A DNA stretch of 33,135 bases from a bacterium (lineage in GTDB: Bacteria; Patescibacteriota; Gracilibacteria; BD1-5; UBA2023), in the NCBI GenBank assembly GCA_043778375.1, contig JAYWGH010000016.1:1-33135 (forward strand), read 5' to 3'. A program made the position numbers and the translations under genes. How positions within the stretch are numbered: position 1 is the first letter of the stretch; each line of letters begins with the position of its first letter. Under the pieces are notes generated by a model. The model saw only the letters and a list, made by a program, of their open reading frames with translations, did no database searches and was not told where the DNA came from. Positions 9,918 through 20,388 of the stretch are shown in pieces.

Positions 9918-10877
9918 TTGCAAACTATTGTCACCCTCGATTTTCTCGTCCCAATTATTGATAATTTTGGGGATCTCGGATTTGCGCTCGAGCTCGCTCT
10001 CGGACTCACGAGGTGTGACCCCAGTATCCGAGTACGCATTTGGAGCCAGAGTCATGAGCTTTTTGTGCAGATGCTCCCAAATTGCCCCCAGGACATAGAG
10101 TATCACGATCTAGGCGACTATAATCCCGAGATCGAGAGTCCTCTCGCATGTACATTTTTTGGGTACAAACTTGGGCAAGGAGTACACAGTCATAAACGCA
10201 TCCTCCAGTTTGACTACCTACAGTTTGCAGGAGCTCCAGACTCACCCTCGAGCAGGGCTATCACCTCTTTTCATGGGACTCAGTATAGCGATAGAGCGCT
10301 TGATATTACCCATCTCGTCCCAAGTATTGGGAGTGCGGGTGGAGGGATCGTGCCACGCACACTAGCACCCCTATCACCCACTACAGCCGCTGCGCTCACT
10401 AGGGAGAAACTCGCCACTGTATTTGTCTATCCGAGTACCTATACCGCTATAGAGCCCGTCCTGCGAGCGCATCCTGAGTGGCAATTTCTCATACTTGGAC
10501 AAAACACGACCACGAGTAGTATACAGGACGCAAATCTCTCGTTCCTCCCTTTTCTCCCGATTACTGAAGTGCCAGCGCTCTACGCAGAATGTCATCTCAA
10601 CATCGTACGAGGAGAAAATACTCTCGTCACCGCGCTCACGAGTGGTAGACCATTTCTCTGGGATATTTACCAGGAGAGTAATGGCGTACATAGCGCAAAA
10701 ATGCAGGACTTTGTGGACTACTTACCGGGTGACTGCCAGTATCTCGAGGAGTTTATGCGATCACCAGCTCTGACGCTCGAGAGATTGCTTTCTGGAGGTA
10801 CCCCAGGTAGTATACTCGTCCCCCCACTCCCCGACCTCGTCGCTCTCGTCCAATCCTGGATCACCGACTCAAAATAA
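9918..10877 (+). CDS. earP: EarP-like elongation factor P arginine rhamnosyltransferase
   Basis: N-terminal IIDNFGDLG (EarP VxDNyGDiG), C-terminal NIVRGENT...[11 protein letters not shown]...H..K (EarP NFVRGEDS...PFxWHIYPQ...HxxK). Confidence 0.8.
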   Translation: MQTIVTLDFLVPIIDNFGDLGFALELALGLTRCDPSIRVRIWSQSHELFVQMLPNCPQDIEYHDLGDYNPEIESPLACTFFGYKLGQGVHSHKRILQFDYLQFAGAPDSPSSRAITSFHGTQYSDRALDITHLVPSIGSAGGGIVPRTLAPLSPTTAAALTREKLATVFVYPSTYTAIEPVLRAHPEWQFLILGQNTTTSSIQDANLSFLPFLPITEVPALYAECHLNIVRGENTLVTALTSGRPFLWDIYQESNGVHSAKMQDFVDYLPGDCQYLEEFMRSPALTLERLLSGGTPGSILVPPLPDLVALVQSWITDSK

Positions 10878-10881
10878 CTCT

Positions 10882-11094
10882 ATGAAAAATCCTAAAATAC
10901 TCGATCGTGGCCAGATGAAAGAAGCAAAAATCTGCCCAGTTTGTGGACGACCTTTTACTATACGCAAAAAATGGAAAGACTGCTTTGATCAGGTCATCTA
11001 CTGCTCAGACAAATGTCGTATGCACAAAAAGTCACCCTCAAAAGTATCCCCAAATCTCCTCCCATGCCCCGTATTAAAGTCGAAGAAGTCATAA
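10882..11094 (+). CDS. DUF2256 domain protein
   Basis: [16 protein letters not shown]...VIYCSDKCR. Confidence 0.88.
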   Translation: MKNPKILDRGQMKEAKICPVCGRPFTIRKKWKDCFDQVIYCSDKCRMHKKSPSKVSPNLLPCPVLKSKKS

Positions 11095-11306
11095 ATATCA
11101 CTCGCTCCAAAGCCTCACCTCACAAGATCGGATCGCGAGGAATCCCTCACCGACTCACGCAAAAAGAGCGCATTATCTTTGAGCGAGCCTGTCGAGAAGG
11201 CGTTTTGCGCGTCCCACTCACAGGCACACGAGAAAATCTCAAAAATGCGTATTGGCTCTACTGCCAAACACAGGGCAAGGAGTATATCGAGGACTCGACT
11301 CCCTAG
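11064..11306 (+). CDS. small basic hypothetical protein
   Basis: [12 protein letters not shown]... (80 aa) overlapping the DUF2256 end; host-like codon usage. Confidence 0.6.
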   Translation: MPRIKVEEVINITRSKASPHKIGSRGIPHRLTQKERIIFERACREGVLRVPLTGTRENLKNAYWLYCQTQGKEYIEDSTP

Positions 11307-12439
11307 ATCTGACGCCAGTTGATGGCTGCAAAGTATCCAAAAAATCTTGGGAAGTACTTAACTCCAAATTTTGGGCTCACACTCGGATAAGGGAGTACGC
11401 AGACGCTTGCTCGACTGTCTGAACCATCGATCGCTTCTCGATATACGGGATTATAGGTCGTCTGGATAGAGAGCTCTCCTCCACTAAATCCACGAATGAG
11501 ACTCGCGAGATCCCCACGCACTACTTGCGCTCAGAGCTGTCGAGCGTACCCGACGATCCACTCTATCCGCGCTGGACTCATCGGATGTCTCGCAAAAAAT
11601 CCCTCATCGAGGACAAGGTACCTGTTCTCGGGCTTTATATCGCGGACGAGCGACTCGGATAGGCTCCATGGAGTGAGTACAACCACCTCCTGACCTGAGA
11701 GGGACTCAAGTCTTGGGTACGCGAGGAGTGAGGTCGCCTCAAGGGATACACTCGCCTCATCAGCAAAAGGGCTCACGCGAGCAGGATCGGTGATACGCGC
11801 CCAGACATCCTCATATGATCCTATGAGCTCTGGGGCTGCAACTCGAGCATATTTCTCGATATTATCACTCGTAAAATAGTACGGCTTTGAGGAAAAAGTC
11901 GAGCTCACCCACTGCCAGGACAGGTGATTGACCCCGAGATCCCCATCGAGAAAGTGGTAGTAGCTCCAGTCAGCGAGCCGCCGCCAATGCAGCTTGCCGA
12001 AGTGGACGAGATAGGCGGCGAGCCACATACGCTCATGGTTGTGGAGGTATCCAGTCTTTTGCATTTTTTGTATGATCGTGTCGAGCCAAACTCGCCCAGT
12101 ATTCCCGAGTGCTACGCTCTCGGGGAGTATGTGCGTCCGAGAAATCCCCGTCTTGTCGTCTTCAAGGTCACTCAAAATATGATCTCCTTGAAACACGAGT
12201 ACTTGGGTAAAATACTCCTTCCAGGTGAGTTCCTTGAGGAGGCTATCTGCCTCGTAGGGAGTATGCCTCGCAAGGAGACTCGCTATAAGCTCAGGAGTGG
12301 TGATAACCCCATGAGTGATGTAGGGCGAGAGACGAGTGACCGCTCAGGAGATAAAATTCCGCGAGTTTGCATACTTGGCGGGTGATACTCACTCAAACTG
12401 AGTGATAAGTTCGTCGTGGGTAAGGTGAGGGAATTGCAT
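11303..12439 (-). CDS. DNA photolyase/cryptochrome FAD-binding-domain protein
   Basis: YANSRNFISG(TGA)AVTRLSPYITHGVI, ELTWKEYF, GYLHNHERMWLA, FLDGDLGVNHLSWQWV; three track ORFs joined by TGA. Confidence 0.9.
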
Positions 12440-12445
12440 GCAAAG

Positions 12446-12472
12446 AGTATATCTATAAATTTCTCGGGTCAA
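12446..12472 (-). promoter_or_regulatory. predicted leaderless promoter TTGACC-N15-TATACT-N6-ATG
   Basis: Hexamers at 12467-12472 and 12446-12451; ATG at 12439. Confidence 0.6.
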
Positions 12473-13217
12473 TTTTTGGGAATCCACCAAAGTCAAAGCA
12501 GGCCTCCCCCAGAAAATCTCTCGAAATCTCTGAGCTTGGGAAAAAATCAGGTACTTCTCCAATTGTGTATATTTCTGAGTCACCATTTCTTTTTACAAGA
12601 TATCCCATTTGCAGAGCTCACTTAAGAATACTATTTATACGAACAGTTATATATGATCATCTTGAGCTATCTCCATATGGGTAGGATTTCCACTGAGAAG
12701 ATATACAAGCAACTACTTTTGTTGAGACTATTACTATACGCCTTAATCGAAAGGAGTTTGCCATGGCTCCATGTCCGCCTCTTTTTTTTAGTGCCTGTCT
12801 TATCCCCTGTATATTATGTTCAGTGAAAGCATAAAAGCAGTCCTCCATTTCTGCAAATCTCTCGAGTTGATTGTACTTAATCACGAGTTGATTTTCAAGT
12901 GCGGTGGTCTTTACCTCAACCATATAGCCATTTGGTCCATGATTCAACAAAATATCAGGCACTGAGCCCTGAAACTTATCCACTATTGTAACTTCACTAT
13001 TCATCTCGTTTCTCCGAAAAAGCTCAGCCAAGTGATCTTCTGCGAGACTTCCGGTAAAATAGGTCGCACTTTTTGTTGCTAAGACTTTTCTGACTCTGTT
13101 TCCAAACTCATCAACTGTAAAAATGGCTCAACTATCCAGCTTGTATCGTATCTCCCCTGTCTTAGGATCCGTGAGTATGGAGAGGCCACCTGATGGACAA
13201 GAGTTTCTCACGAACAT
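12453..13217 (-). CDS. putative PD-(D/E)XK nuclease-fold protein (254 aa)
   Basis: GSLAEDHL...VPDILL...YMVEVKTT (E, PD, ExK spacing); open from ATG 13217 to TAG 12453-12455 in code 25. Confidence 0.6.
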
Positions 13218-13239
13218 AAGTAAAGAATTTATCTTATAC

Positions 13240-14070
13240 TTAAAAAAATACTTTTCTCAAGTATAACAGCGCCCGCTCCTCGTCGATAAAAAATGGGCTC
13301 GTAGCGATCGTTATGTACGCCGCACGCGCAGCGTACCCTCGGATCACCTCACACTTGAGCTCAAAGTCTATGTCGTCCAAGTCGGGTGCAAAGATATCGA
13401 GGTCGAGATTGAGAATGAGATTTGCTGGTTTTAGATCGTTTGCGCTCGCCCTCAGTGCATCACGAGCAAGTTCAAGCTCGCTCTCCCCTTCTATTCGTAT
13501 CATCTCGCCGATGAGTCCAGCCTGGACCGCGGGCACGATGTAGTTGCCAACATTACAGGCGAGATTGGTAAAACTCGCCATATACGAGAGATCTCGGAGT
13601 TTTGTAGGATCGATAGTATACTCATTGGGCCAAAGGTCCGAGTGCATATCAATATGCACGAGAGTTACACCTTCACTCACGAACCCTTGCTCGAGAGCTT
13701 TCGCCCAAAAAAATAAAGCGTGATTATGATTATCAAAAATAGCGGTAGGGATGCTTCTCTTCCAAGGACTAATATCACCGGTCACGAGATTGTTACGAAA
13801 TACGAGCCCAATAGTATCATCATGGGTGACAGATAGCTCTGTCTCTACAAAATACTCAAGTCCCTTCCCTGATACTACTCGCTCACCATCAAATGCGATA
13901 AATGCATTGCGACCCGAGAGTACCACGTCCGAGAGAGTCCCGCGCATACGAGGAGCAACAGTAATACTCGCGTCTATTGGTATTAGGGCTCAATTCCCTG
14001 TATCCACGCTTGTGAGCGTCTCAGGCTTTTGATACCAAGATCTCGTATCAGTTGTCTGCCAATACCCCAT
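13240..14070 (-). CDS. UPF0489 family protein
   Basis: FDNHNHALFFW, VHIDMHSDL, LDLDIF, ITIATSPFF; extended to ATG 14070 through one TGA. Confidence 0.8.
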
Positions 14071-14071
14071 A

Positions 14072-14683
14072 CTAGTATCCAAGAAACTTTTTGCGCGCTA
14101 TAAAGTATGTCTCTGGAGCAGGCAGTGGTGAATAAGGTCCAGCAGAAGCCCACGTATCTATAGCAGTAATTGCTTCAGAAAGTACCTCCTGACTCGAGAG
14201 ATTATCTGTATCGATCACGAGATCATACTGACCGAGATCATACAGATCAACTCAGTAATACTGTTGATACCGCTGGCTATCAATATATCTCCGTTTGTGA
14301 ATAGCTTCACACGCCTCTGAGATACTAGTAAATTTTTCGTGTGTACGGTTCTCAGAAAATATTCTCTGGGCAGATACCTCCAAGGAAGCGTTGAGAAAAA
14401 TAGAAAAACCATGCGGAATAACGAGAAACGGGAGTCTTCCATCTATACAAAATGTGTCTTTTTCGAGCCCAAGTGTCCGAGCTCGTTCTTCTACTAAAAA
14501 ATCTACCTCCCCACCATCACTTTCTGCAAGTATTCAGAGTTGAGCAAGTGTCAATCCACGTTCTAGAGCAATTTGCCGAAAAAAATCTCAGCTAGAATAC
14601 TTCTCGAGCTGATAATGGTTCGCGATATTCCTCCCAAGGGTGCTCTTTCCTGCGCCATTATGCCCTGCTATTGTAATGATCAT
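14072..14683 (-). CDS. cmk: cytidylate kinase, archaeal-type
   Basis: MIITIAGHNGAGKST P-loop, SSG(TGA)DFFRQIA, IDGRL, RYQQYYG(TGA)VD..D...YDLVIDT; missed entirely by the ORF track. Confidence 0.88.
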
Positions 14684-14870
14684 ATCTATAAAAATATTTG
14701 GTCGAGAATAGAGAGAAGTGCCAAGTTTGCAAGGTGAGAGTGATCTCGCCACCTAGTTTGACATATATTCATACACCTATAAGCGTATGTCTCTTCAAAC
14801 TATAACCGTCTATAAACATATAAATACTTTGAATATATGACTTTTCACCCCCATTGACTACACTCGAGAT

Positions 14871-15902
14871 ATGCAGCAAGTTTTTGAATACGCAGCACTC
14901 CTCGAATGGCACAAGGCAAATGGGCGACATTCTCTCCCATGGAGAGCTTTTGCGCATTTGGACACTGCTGCGAGAGTATATAGGGTATGGCTCGCAGAGA
15001 TCCTCCTCCAACAAACTCAAGCAGAGCGCGTGGTCGAATACTATCAGCGCATGCTCGAGCGATACCCTACTCTTGAGTCTCTCGCAGATACGAGCTACGA
15101 AGAATTTTTTGTATACTATCAAGGGCTCGGTTACTACTCGCGCGCTCGCAACCTCCTCGCTTGCGCTCGTACGGTCGTGCGAGAGTATGGCGGAGTATTC
15201 CCGAGTGAGACCCGCGCGCTCGTGGGACTCCCGGGGATAGGACCGTATACCGCCGAGGCGATCAGAGCTTTTGGGTACGATATCCCCACTCTCTCGATCG
15301 ACACCAATCTCGAAAAGATCTTTCGTAGGTACTATCATGGATCTCGCTACACACCCCTCACCAAGGCTGAGCAAGCGAGCATCCTCGAGGACTATCTCAC
15401 GCTCGAGGGAGTGAGTGCACGAGAGGTTAATGCTGCACTCATGGACCTCGGCGCTCTCTGGAGCAAAAACTCCCTCTCGCAAATAGACTGGGACGCGAGC
15501 CCATTTACCTACTGCGAGTTCACTCGTACCCGAGGAGCGCAGGAGATTGCGCCAGTCAAAGTGCGCTCGTATTTTCCGGTACTTGATGCGCAGACTCTAG
15601 TGATCATCCACCGAGATCACCGAGAGTATTACTCGTCGGAGTCCTGAGTATTTGCCCCATTTATGCTCGCACCCATGAGCAGTCTCGCAGTCACACCCCT
15701 GGATACCAGACACTTTGTGCAGGAGTATTTTAGAGATCGCTACGGACTCGAGCTCTCCGTACGCCCTCCTCGCAAGCAGGGATACAGAGCAGGGGTACCA
15801 ACTCAGATCGTATTTGCACAAATCCAGTCAGGAGCACACGACTGGAGAGCATATAGCAAAGTGGATGCTCAAATACCTAAGCTTCTCGGACAGATAGATT
15901 AA
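14871..15902 (+). CDS. mutY: A/G-specific adenine glycosylase MutY-like
   Basis: RHSLPWR, YRVWLAEILLQQT, GLGYYSRARNL, LPGIGPYTA, DTN; TGA 15645-15647 read through. Confidence 0.9.
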
Positions 15903-15977
15903 GCGGAACTCACCCCCAATACTTAGACTCCCGGACACCCAAACACCCAGGCAACCAAACACTGGAATTAATAGGGG

Positions 15978-18401
15978 TTAATCCCTCCGTTTTCTCAGTA
16001 TTGGGAAAATGAGTGATATAAGCACATATGCTCCAAGTGCAGTAGCAAGCAATAGTACGAGGCTCCCACTCATCCCAAAGAGCTCATTACTCCAAGTGAG
16101 AAGTCTTGTTTTCGTGAGGACAAATAATAACCCTCCAGCACTGAGAACAAGTGCTACAAATACTGAAAACCCTACCACAAGAGCCAGTGGACTCAAGAGA
16201 CTCGCGCGCATGAGCGAGCGTTCCGCCCCGAGAAGCTCATACAGTCGAGCCTTGAGGCTATATATCGGCCGAAGTCCCTCAAAGAGAGTGAGAACAGTGA
16301 GAACCGCAAACACTGTTACAAACCCGAGAAAGAGTCAGAGAATACCGAGAATACGATCACTGATGGCGCGGACTTGCTCGAGTACTGCGCGCGTATCTAC
16401 ATAGACGACATGAGGACCTGAGAGGCTCGAGATCCGTTGTTTCTCACGATCTACATCGCTCGAGTTTACCCCGAGAAAGTAGGTTTTAGGAGCTGAGTCA
16501 AATGCTCCAGGGAGGACTTGAAAATAGAAAAATGGTTCAATACGCCCCTGAGCTCCCTCTCGCAAGTTTTGTATAACGAGCGGGAACTCTCTCCCCGCGA
16601 TCGAAAATACGATCGTATCTCCGCGCTTTACTTGTAGCCTCTCTGCAAAGTCCGCCATCACCGATACTCCGTCACTTGTGAGAGTGCTCCCTTCGAGTAT
16701 TTTTGCATTTTGTAGAGGGCTTGTGGTGATCGAGAATTCTCGAGTAAACTCTCCACTTGGTTTCCCGGACCCCAGATGCTTCGCGAGAGGAGTACTATTC
16801 ACATTGATGATTCGTCCGCGCAGGATCGAGTAAATATTTTCCTCAGAGTATTTGGTACGAATCTTTATTATATCCGACTCGAGGATATTTGTCGCAAAAA
16901 GGTTTACATCCGGAGAGCTCGAGACCTGGAGTCTCTCCCGAAATATCAAGGTCATCGTCAAAAATATACTCAGGAGTGCGAGCGAACATACGAGCGTGAC
17001 CGTGAGACTTGCGGCCGGCATACGAGGCCGTACAAGTGAGCGCACTCCGTCAAACATACCAAAGCTCTTAGCTCGCAGTGAGGTGCGTCCGAGGAACCAA
17101 AATACCCCACGATAGATGAGTCCAAATATTCACGAGAGGAGGGCGATGATGAGGACTCCCAGTCCGAGCGCCAGAAGAGAGTCAGTGAGATCTCAGAGGG
17201 TGTGCGCGAGAACCCCGAGGATACCAAGTGTATAGACTCCATACTGGATCGCAGGTCGGACATATGCTCCAAATGGAGGACGCAGTCCTCGCCCAAACTC
17301 TGGAGCAAAAACTCCGATGAGCTCTGGGAGAGTGACAGATACGAGGAGTATGATCATCACGATCGCAGTAGAGACTATCGGATCCACGAGGAGAGCGAAC
17401 TCACTCGTCTCAGGTATCTGCCTCAGGATTTCTATAATCCCCCACCCAAGTCATATCGCTCCTGCAAATCCCAGTATCGCGGTCACGAGTATTACGAACA
17501 CAATAGCCCCGAGTTGGCGAGACTTCCGCATACCGAGTATCTCGAGAGTTCGCAGCGTAGGGGTGAGTATGGTGAGATATTTTGACAGTGATGAGTAGAG
17601 GGTGATGGCTCCAAGAAATGCAGACACGAGGAGGATGAGGAGTGTATATTTACCAAGCTCACCGATGATCTCATTCGTACGACTCGCATTGGTGAGATAA
17701 GAGTCTACATCTATAGCTCTCCGCCCAAACTGTGCCTCGAGAGGTGTGAGTGCCTTGTAAAGTCTATCAGTTTGCTCGTCTCCTCCAGTACGGATGAGGA
17801 GCTGTCTCTCGAGCCTTGCCCCTCGAGTAAAAAGGGCTGTTTTATCCAGGAGCTCCCGCGATACTATGAGGAGAAATCCCTCATCTCCGAATCCTATACC
17901 CAGCTCACTCGTCTTATCTATTTGAGACTGCACGCGGATCTCTTGACCATCGATCTTGAGGATACGACCCAGACGAGTGATGAGATTGGGGGTAGCAGCC
18001 ACGATCGTGCCAGTACCAGATCCTCCCTCGAGTCGAGTGGTCTCATAGGTCGAGTACATTGGGTAACTCGCATCAACTGCCACTACCTTGACGAGGACAG
18101 CCTTGCCTGCAGAGTCAAACAGAGTAGTGTTGAGGGTGACCTTGTCCGCAAGTATGAGCTCCGTCTCAGCTCCAAGTCTCGGAGTGACGATCTCGCGCAA
18201 ACTTCCAGTAAATCCTGGTCCCGCCTTGACCGCTAGATCTGCTCCGAGAAACGGTCTTGCCTCTCGCGCAACGAGGACAGTGACGTTGGAGATGATATTT
18301 GAGATCGTGAGTACTCCTGTACTCGCAAAAAGTATGATCCCAAAGAGGATAAAAAGCGCTCGCGGCGAAGTACGCAGAAGTATACGAAAGAGAGAGATCA
18401 T
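15978..18401 (-). CDS. FtsX-like ABC transporter permease (YbbP type)
   Basis: Four in-frame track ORFs joined by TGA (807 aa); EARPFLGADL, LEILG, PDVNLF, TREFSIT, FFYF, LYELLGA. Confidence 0.88.
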
Positions 18402-18461
18402 GAGCGCTCGAGTAAGTGACAACAGAGTGTACACATCTCACCTGAGAAAACAAGGCTCTGA

Positions 18462-18494
18462 CTAGAGTTTTCGTGCCCTCGGAGCCTCGTGTAT
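18462..18494. repeat. 33-bp direct repeat, copy 1
   Basis: CTAGAGTTTTCGTGCCCTCGGAGCCTCGTGTAT; 31/33 identical to 19107-19139. Confidence 0.92.
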
Positions 18495-18496
18495 AG

Positions 18497-18856
18497 CTAA
18501 GCCTCCTTTCTCATGAGGTGCAAACTAACTTCTGCCTCCTCTTCGGTAACACCAATAGTTTTTACGTCATACCATTCCTTTTGATGAATAATCCGAGTCA
18601 CGAGAGTTAGGTCTCGATTTTCATAGTACTTATGGAGGATAAGATACCCACTTGCACCAAAATCCACAACTGATAGCCGAACATTAGGGCGATCTTCTAT
18701 TGGACTTCCATTTTTTGGATGTGTTGTGAGGTAGTCGAGATGCTGTAAAACAGCATCGATACCATCATTCGCTGTGCGTAAATCAAATTGAGCAAGAAAA
18801 TCGTACAGCCGTCAAAGATCACCTCTAGCTGCATCTGAAAGCTTTAGATGTGACAC
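18497..18856 (-). CDS. type II toxin, RelE/ParE family
   Basis: GTG start; LSDAARGDLG(TGA)RLYDFL...HPKNG...FGASGYLILH...RIIHQKE; overlaps the antitoxin stop. Confidence 0.85.
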
Positions 18857-19047
18857 GCTGGCAGTTGAGCGTTACGATCTGTCCTGAGCTCTTGAGCCCA
18901 AGTCTTCGCCTCATCTAAACTGATGTGTAGTCCTGTCGCCTCGTAGTGTACGATAGCATCGTCAACACTCTTTAGAATAACCTGATGAGCCGTGTCAGAC
19001 TTATTCATCAGAGTTTTCGCGTGGGGTTCTTCTAATGTACTTTGCAT
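18844..19047 (-). CDS. cognate antitoxin (short; no obvious N-terminal RHH domain)
   Basis: HYEATGLHISLDEAKTW...LPACH C-terminus typical of antitoxins paired with this ParE type; TATAAT 6 nt before ATG 19047. Confidence 0.75.
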   Translation of the reverse strand: MQSTLEEPHAKTLMNKSDTAHQVILKSVDDAIVHYEATGLHISLDEAKTWAQELRTDRNAQLPACHI

Positions 19048-19106
19048 AATGCAATTATAGTATGAAAACTCACTCAGAATCAAAATTTTTTACCACATTT
19101 CCGTAC

Positions 19107-19139
19107 CTAGAGTTTTTGTGCCCTCGGAGCCTCGTATAT
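19107..19139. repeat. 33-bp direct repeat, copy 2
   Basis: CTAGAGTTTTTGTGCCCTCGGAGCCTCGTATAT. Confidence 0.92.
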
Positions 19140-19268
19140 GGGGACAAGTCGCCCTCCGATCTTGTAGTACACATTGTAGAGTCCAAACACGGGGACTCGC
19201 TCTTCGCGACCGTATCCGAGTGACTTAAAGGTCTTTTGCTGCGTGACTTGAGAAGAAGTATTTTGCAT
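19107..19268 (-). CDS. small hypothetical protein (53 aa) whose last 11 codons (including stop) form the repeat
   Basis: MQNTSSQVTQQKTFKSLGYGREERVPVFGLYNVYYKIGGRLVPIYEAPRAQKL*; host-like CTC/GAG codons. Confidence 0.55.
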   Translation of the reverse strand: MQNTSSQVTQQKTFKSLGYGREERVPVFGLYNVYYKIGGRLVPIYEAPRAQKL

Positions 19269-19364
19269 AGAGAGGGATTAAGCAATCTCACATTATCCGA
19301 GGGGAAAAAAGAAAAAAAGAAAATGTTACGAAAAATTTTTTGGGTGGGGTAAATCGTATCTATT

Positions 19365-19430
19365 TTACCCGAAGACATCCGCGTGGGAGCCTGTTCGTTC
19401 AAATCTCCGTGATATCAATTTCCTGAGCAT
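19365..19430 (-). pseudogene. yafQ-like toxin remnant with internal deletion
   Basis: MLRKLISRRFERTGSHADVFG*: a YafQ-like start fused directly to the C-terminal RTGSHxDxF motif, 2 nt after the antitoxin stop. Confidence 0.75.
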
Positions 19431-19432
19431 AG

Positions 19433-19703
19433 CTATTTAGTGAGTGAGTCTAAATGCAAAAACATATCTTCCGAGTTAGCAAACTCTCGCACACCTTCTC
19501 CTTTCTCGCTCTCTACCATAGATTTTCGAGTTTCGAGATTAGGAATATTCAGAGAAAATGGGATTTCCCCAGCATTCGCTACTCGCTCAAGATAAATACG
19601 AATACCGTCTGTAAGAGTTAAGCCATACTTTTTAAAAACTTGGAATGATTGATCCTTTAGTTGTTGGGCTCAGTCGAAGTTGGAGGGTGGTGCTCGATGT
19701 CAT
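19433..19703 (-). pseudogene. RelB/DinJ antitoxin with 1-nt frameshift
   Basis: MTSSTTLQLRLS / QQLKDQSFQVFKKYGLTLTDGIRIYL...IPFSLNIPNLET; span 271 nt with an extra base in the run at 19666-19668. Confidence 0.8.
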
Positions 19704-19732
19704 GAGTATATTAAATGAGAGTTACACTCTCA

Positions 19733-19754
19733 TTGTATTACTTTGTCATTACAA
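19733..19754 (-). promoter_or_regulatory. putative RelB/DinJ operator
   Basis: Minus strand TTGTAATGACAAAGTAATACAA, two imperfect TGTA..TACA boxes upstream of the antitoxin, resembling the E. coli relO as I recall it. Confidence 0.55.
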
Positions 19755-19797
19755 ATCAATTTTGTACTTCATAATGTGTTCCGATTGCTTATGTAGT

Positions 19798-19829
19798 TTT
19801 ACACTGCAAAGATATAGCTATACTAGCTA
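19798..19829 (+). promoter_or_regulatory. phd-relE promoter/operator
   Basis: TTTACA-N15-TATACT with two TAGCTA palindromes (19815-19820, 19824-19829) overlapping the -10. Confidence 0.6.
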
Positions 19830-19842
19830 CTCACATAAACAT

Positions 19843-20079
19843 ATGTCACTTCTTACTATACCGTCCGTTCAAGCACAAAACAACTTTGGAACTCTCATTG
19901 ATACAGCACAAAGAGAGATAGTATCTATCACTCGTCGTGGTCGCTCTGCAGCACTCATCATGTCACCTCAAGTACTAGAAGACTATATTGAAGGGCGACT
20001 CGCAATGGCCGCAGAGGCTGAGGGGCTCATGAGTGAAGATGAAACAAGTATTCTCCTCTCTCGTATAAGAAATGCTTAA
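19843..20079 (+). CDS. Phd/YefM family antitoxin
   Basis: AQNNFGTLIDTAQREIVSITRRGRSAALIMS. Confidence 0.9.
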   Translation: MSLLTIPSVQAQNNFGTLIDTAQREIVSITRRGRSAALIMSPQVLEDYIEGRLAMAAEAEGLMSEDETSILLSRIRNA

Positions 20080-20372
20080 AATCATTTTCTCAAAACAAGC
20101 TGCTAAGTTTATTAGCAAGCTGAGTTCAAAACATGCTAAACAAATGGTTGTAAAAATAGATCAATTTGCAGCGAATCAAGCATCAGTATTGAGTGAGCAA
20201 TTGCAAGGATTTTCAGCGCTGTACCGCATAAATTCAGGCGAATATCGTATTATTTATCGCATTGAGGATAATCATTGTATACTAGTCATCCTATGGGTAG
20301 GTAAAAGAAATGATGATGAGGTGTATAAAAAATCTCAACTCAGTCATGTTAGTTCCTGCAAGCAAAAAATAA
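20072..20372 (+). CDS. RelE family toxin; 3' end uncertain (apparent +1 in an A6 run, otherwise runs to 20554)
   Basis: IIFSKQAAKF...LYRINSGEYRIIYRI...VGKRNDDEVYK; overlaps the Phd stop. Confidence 0.8.
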
Positions 20373-20388
20373 AAAGCCCCCTTCTCTC

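Noticed and set aside
14754-14841. Nested imperfect inverted repeats between cmk and mutY as an attC site or ncRNA
   Set aside because: Short AT-rich arms, no RYYYAAC/GTTRRRY ends, and no second copy seen
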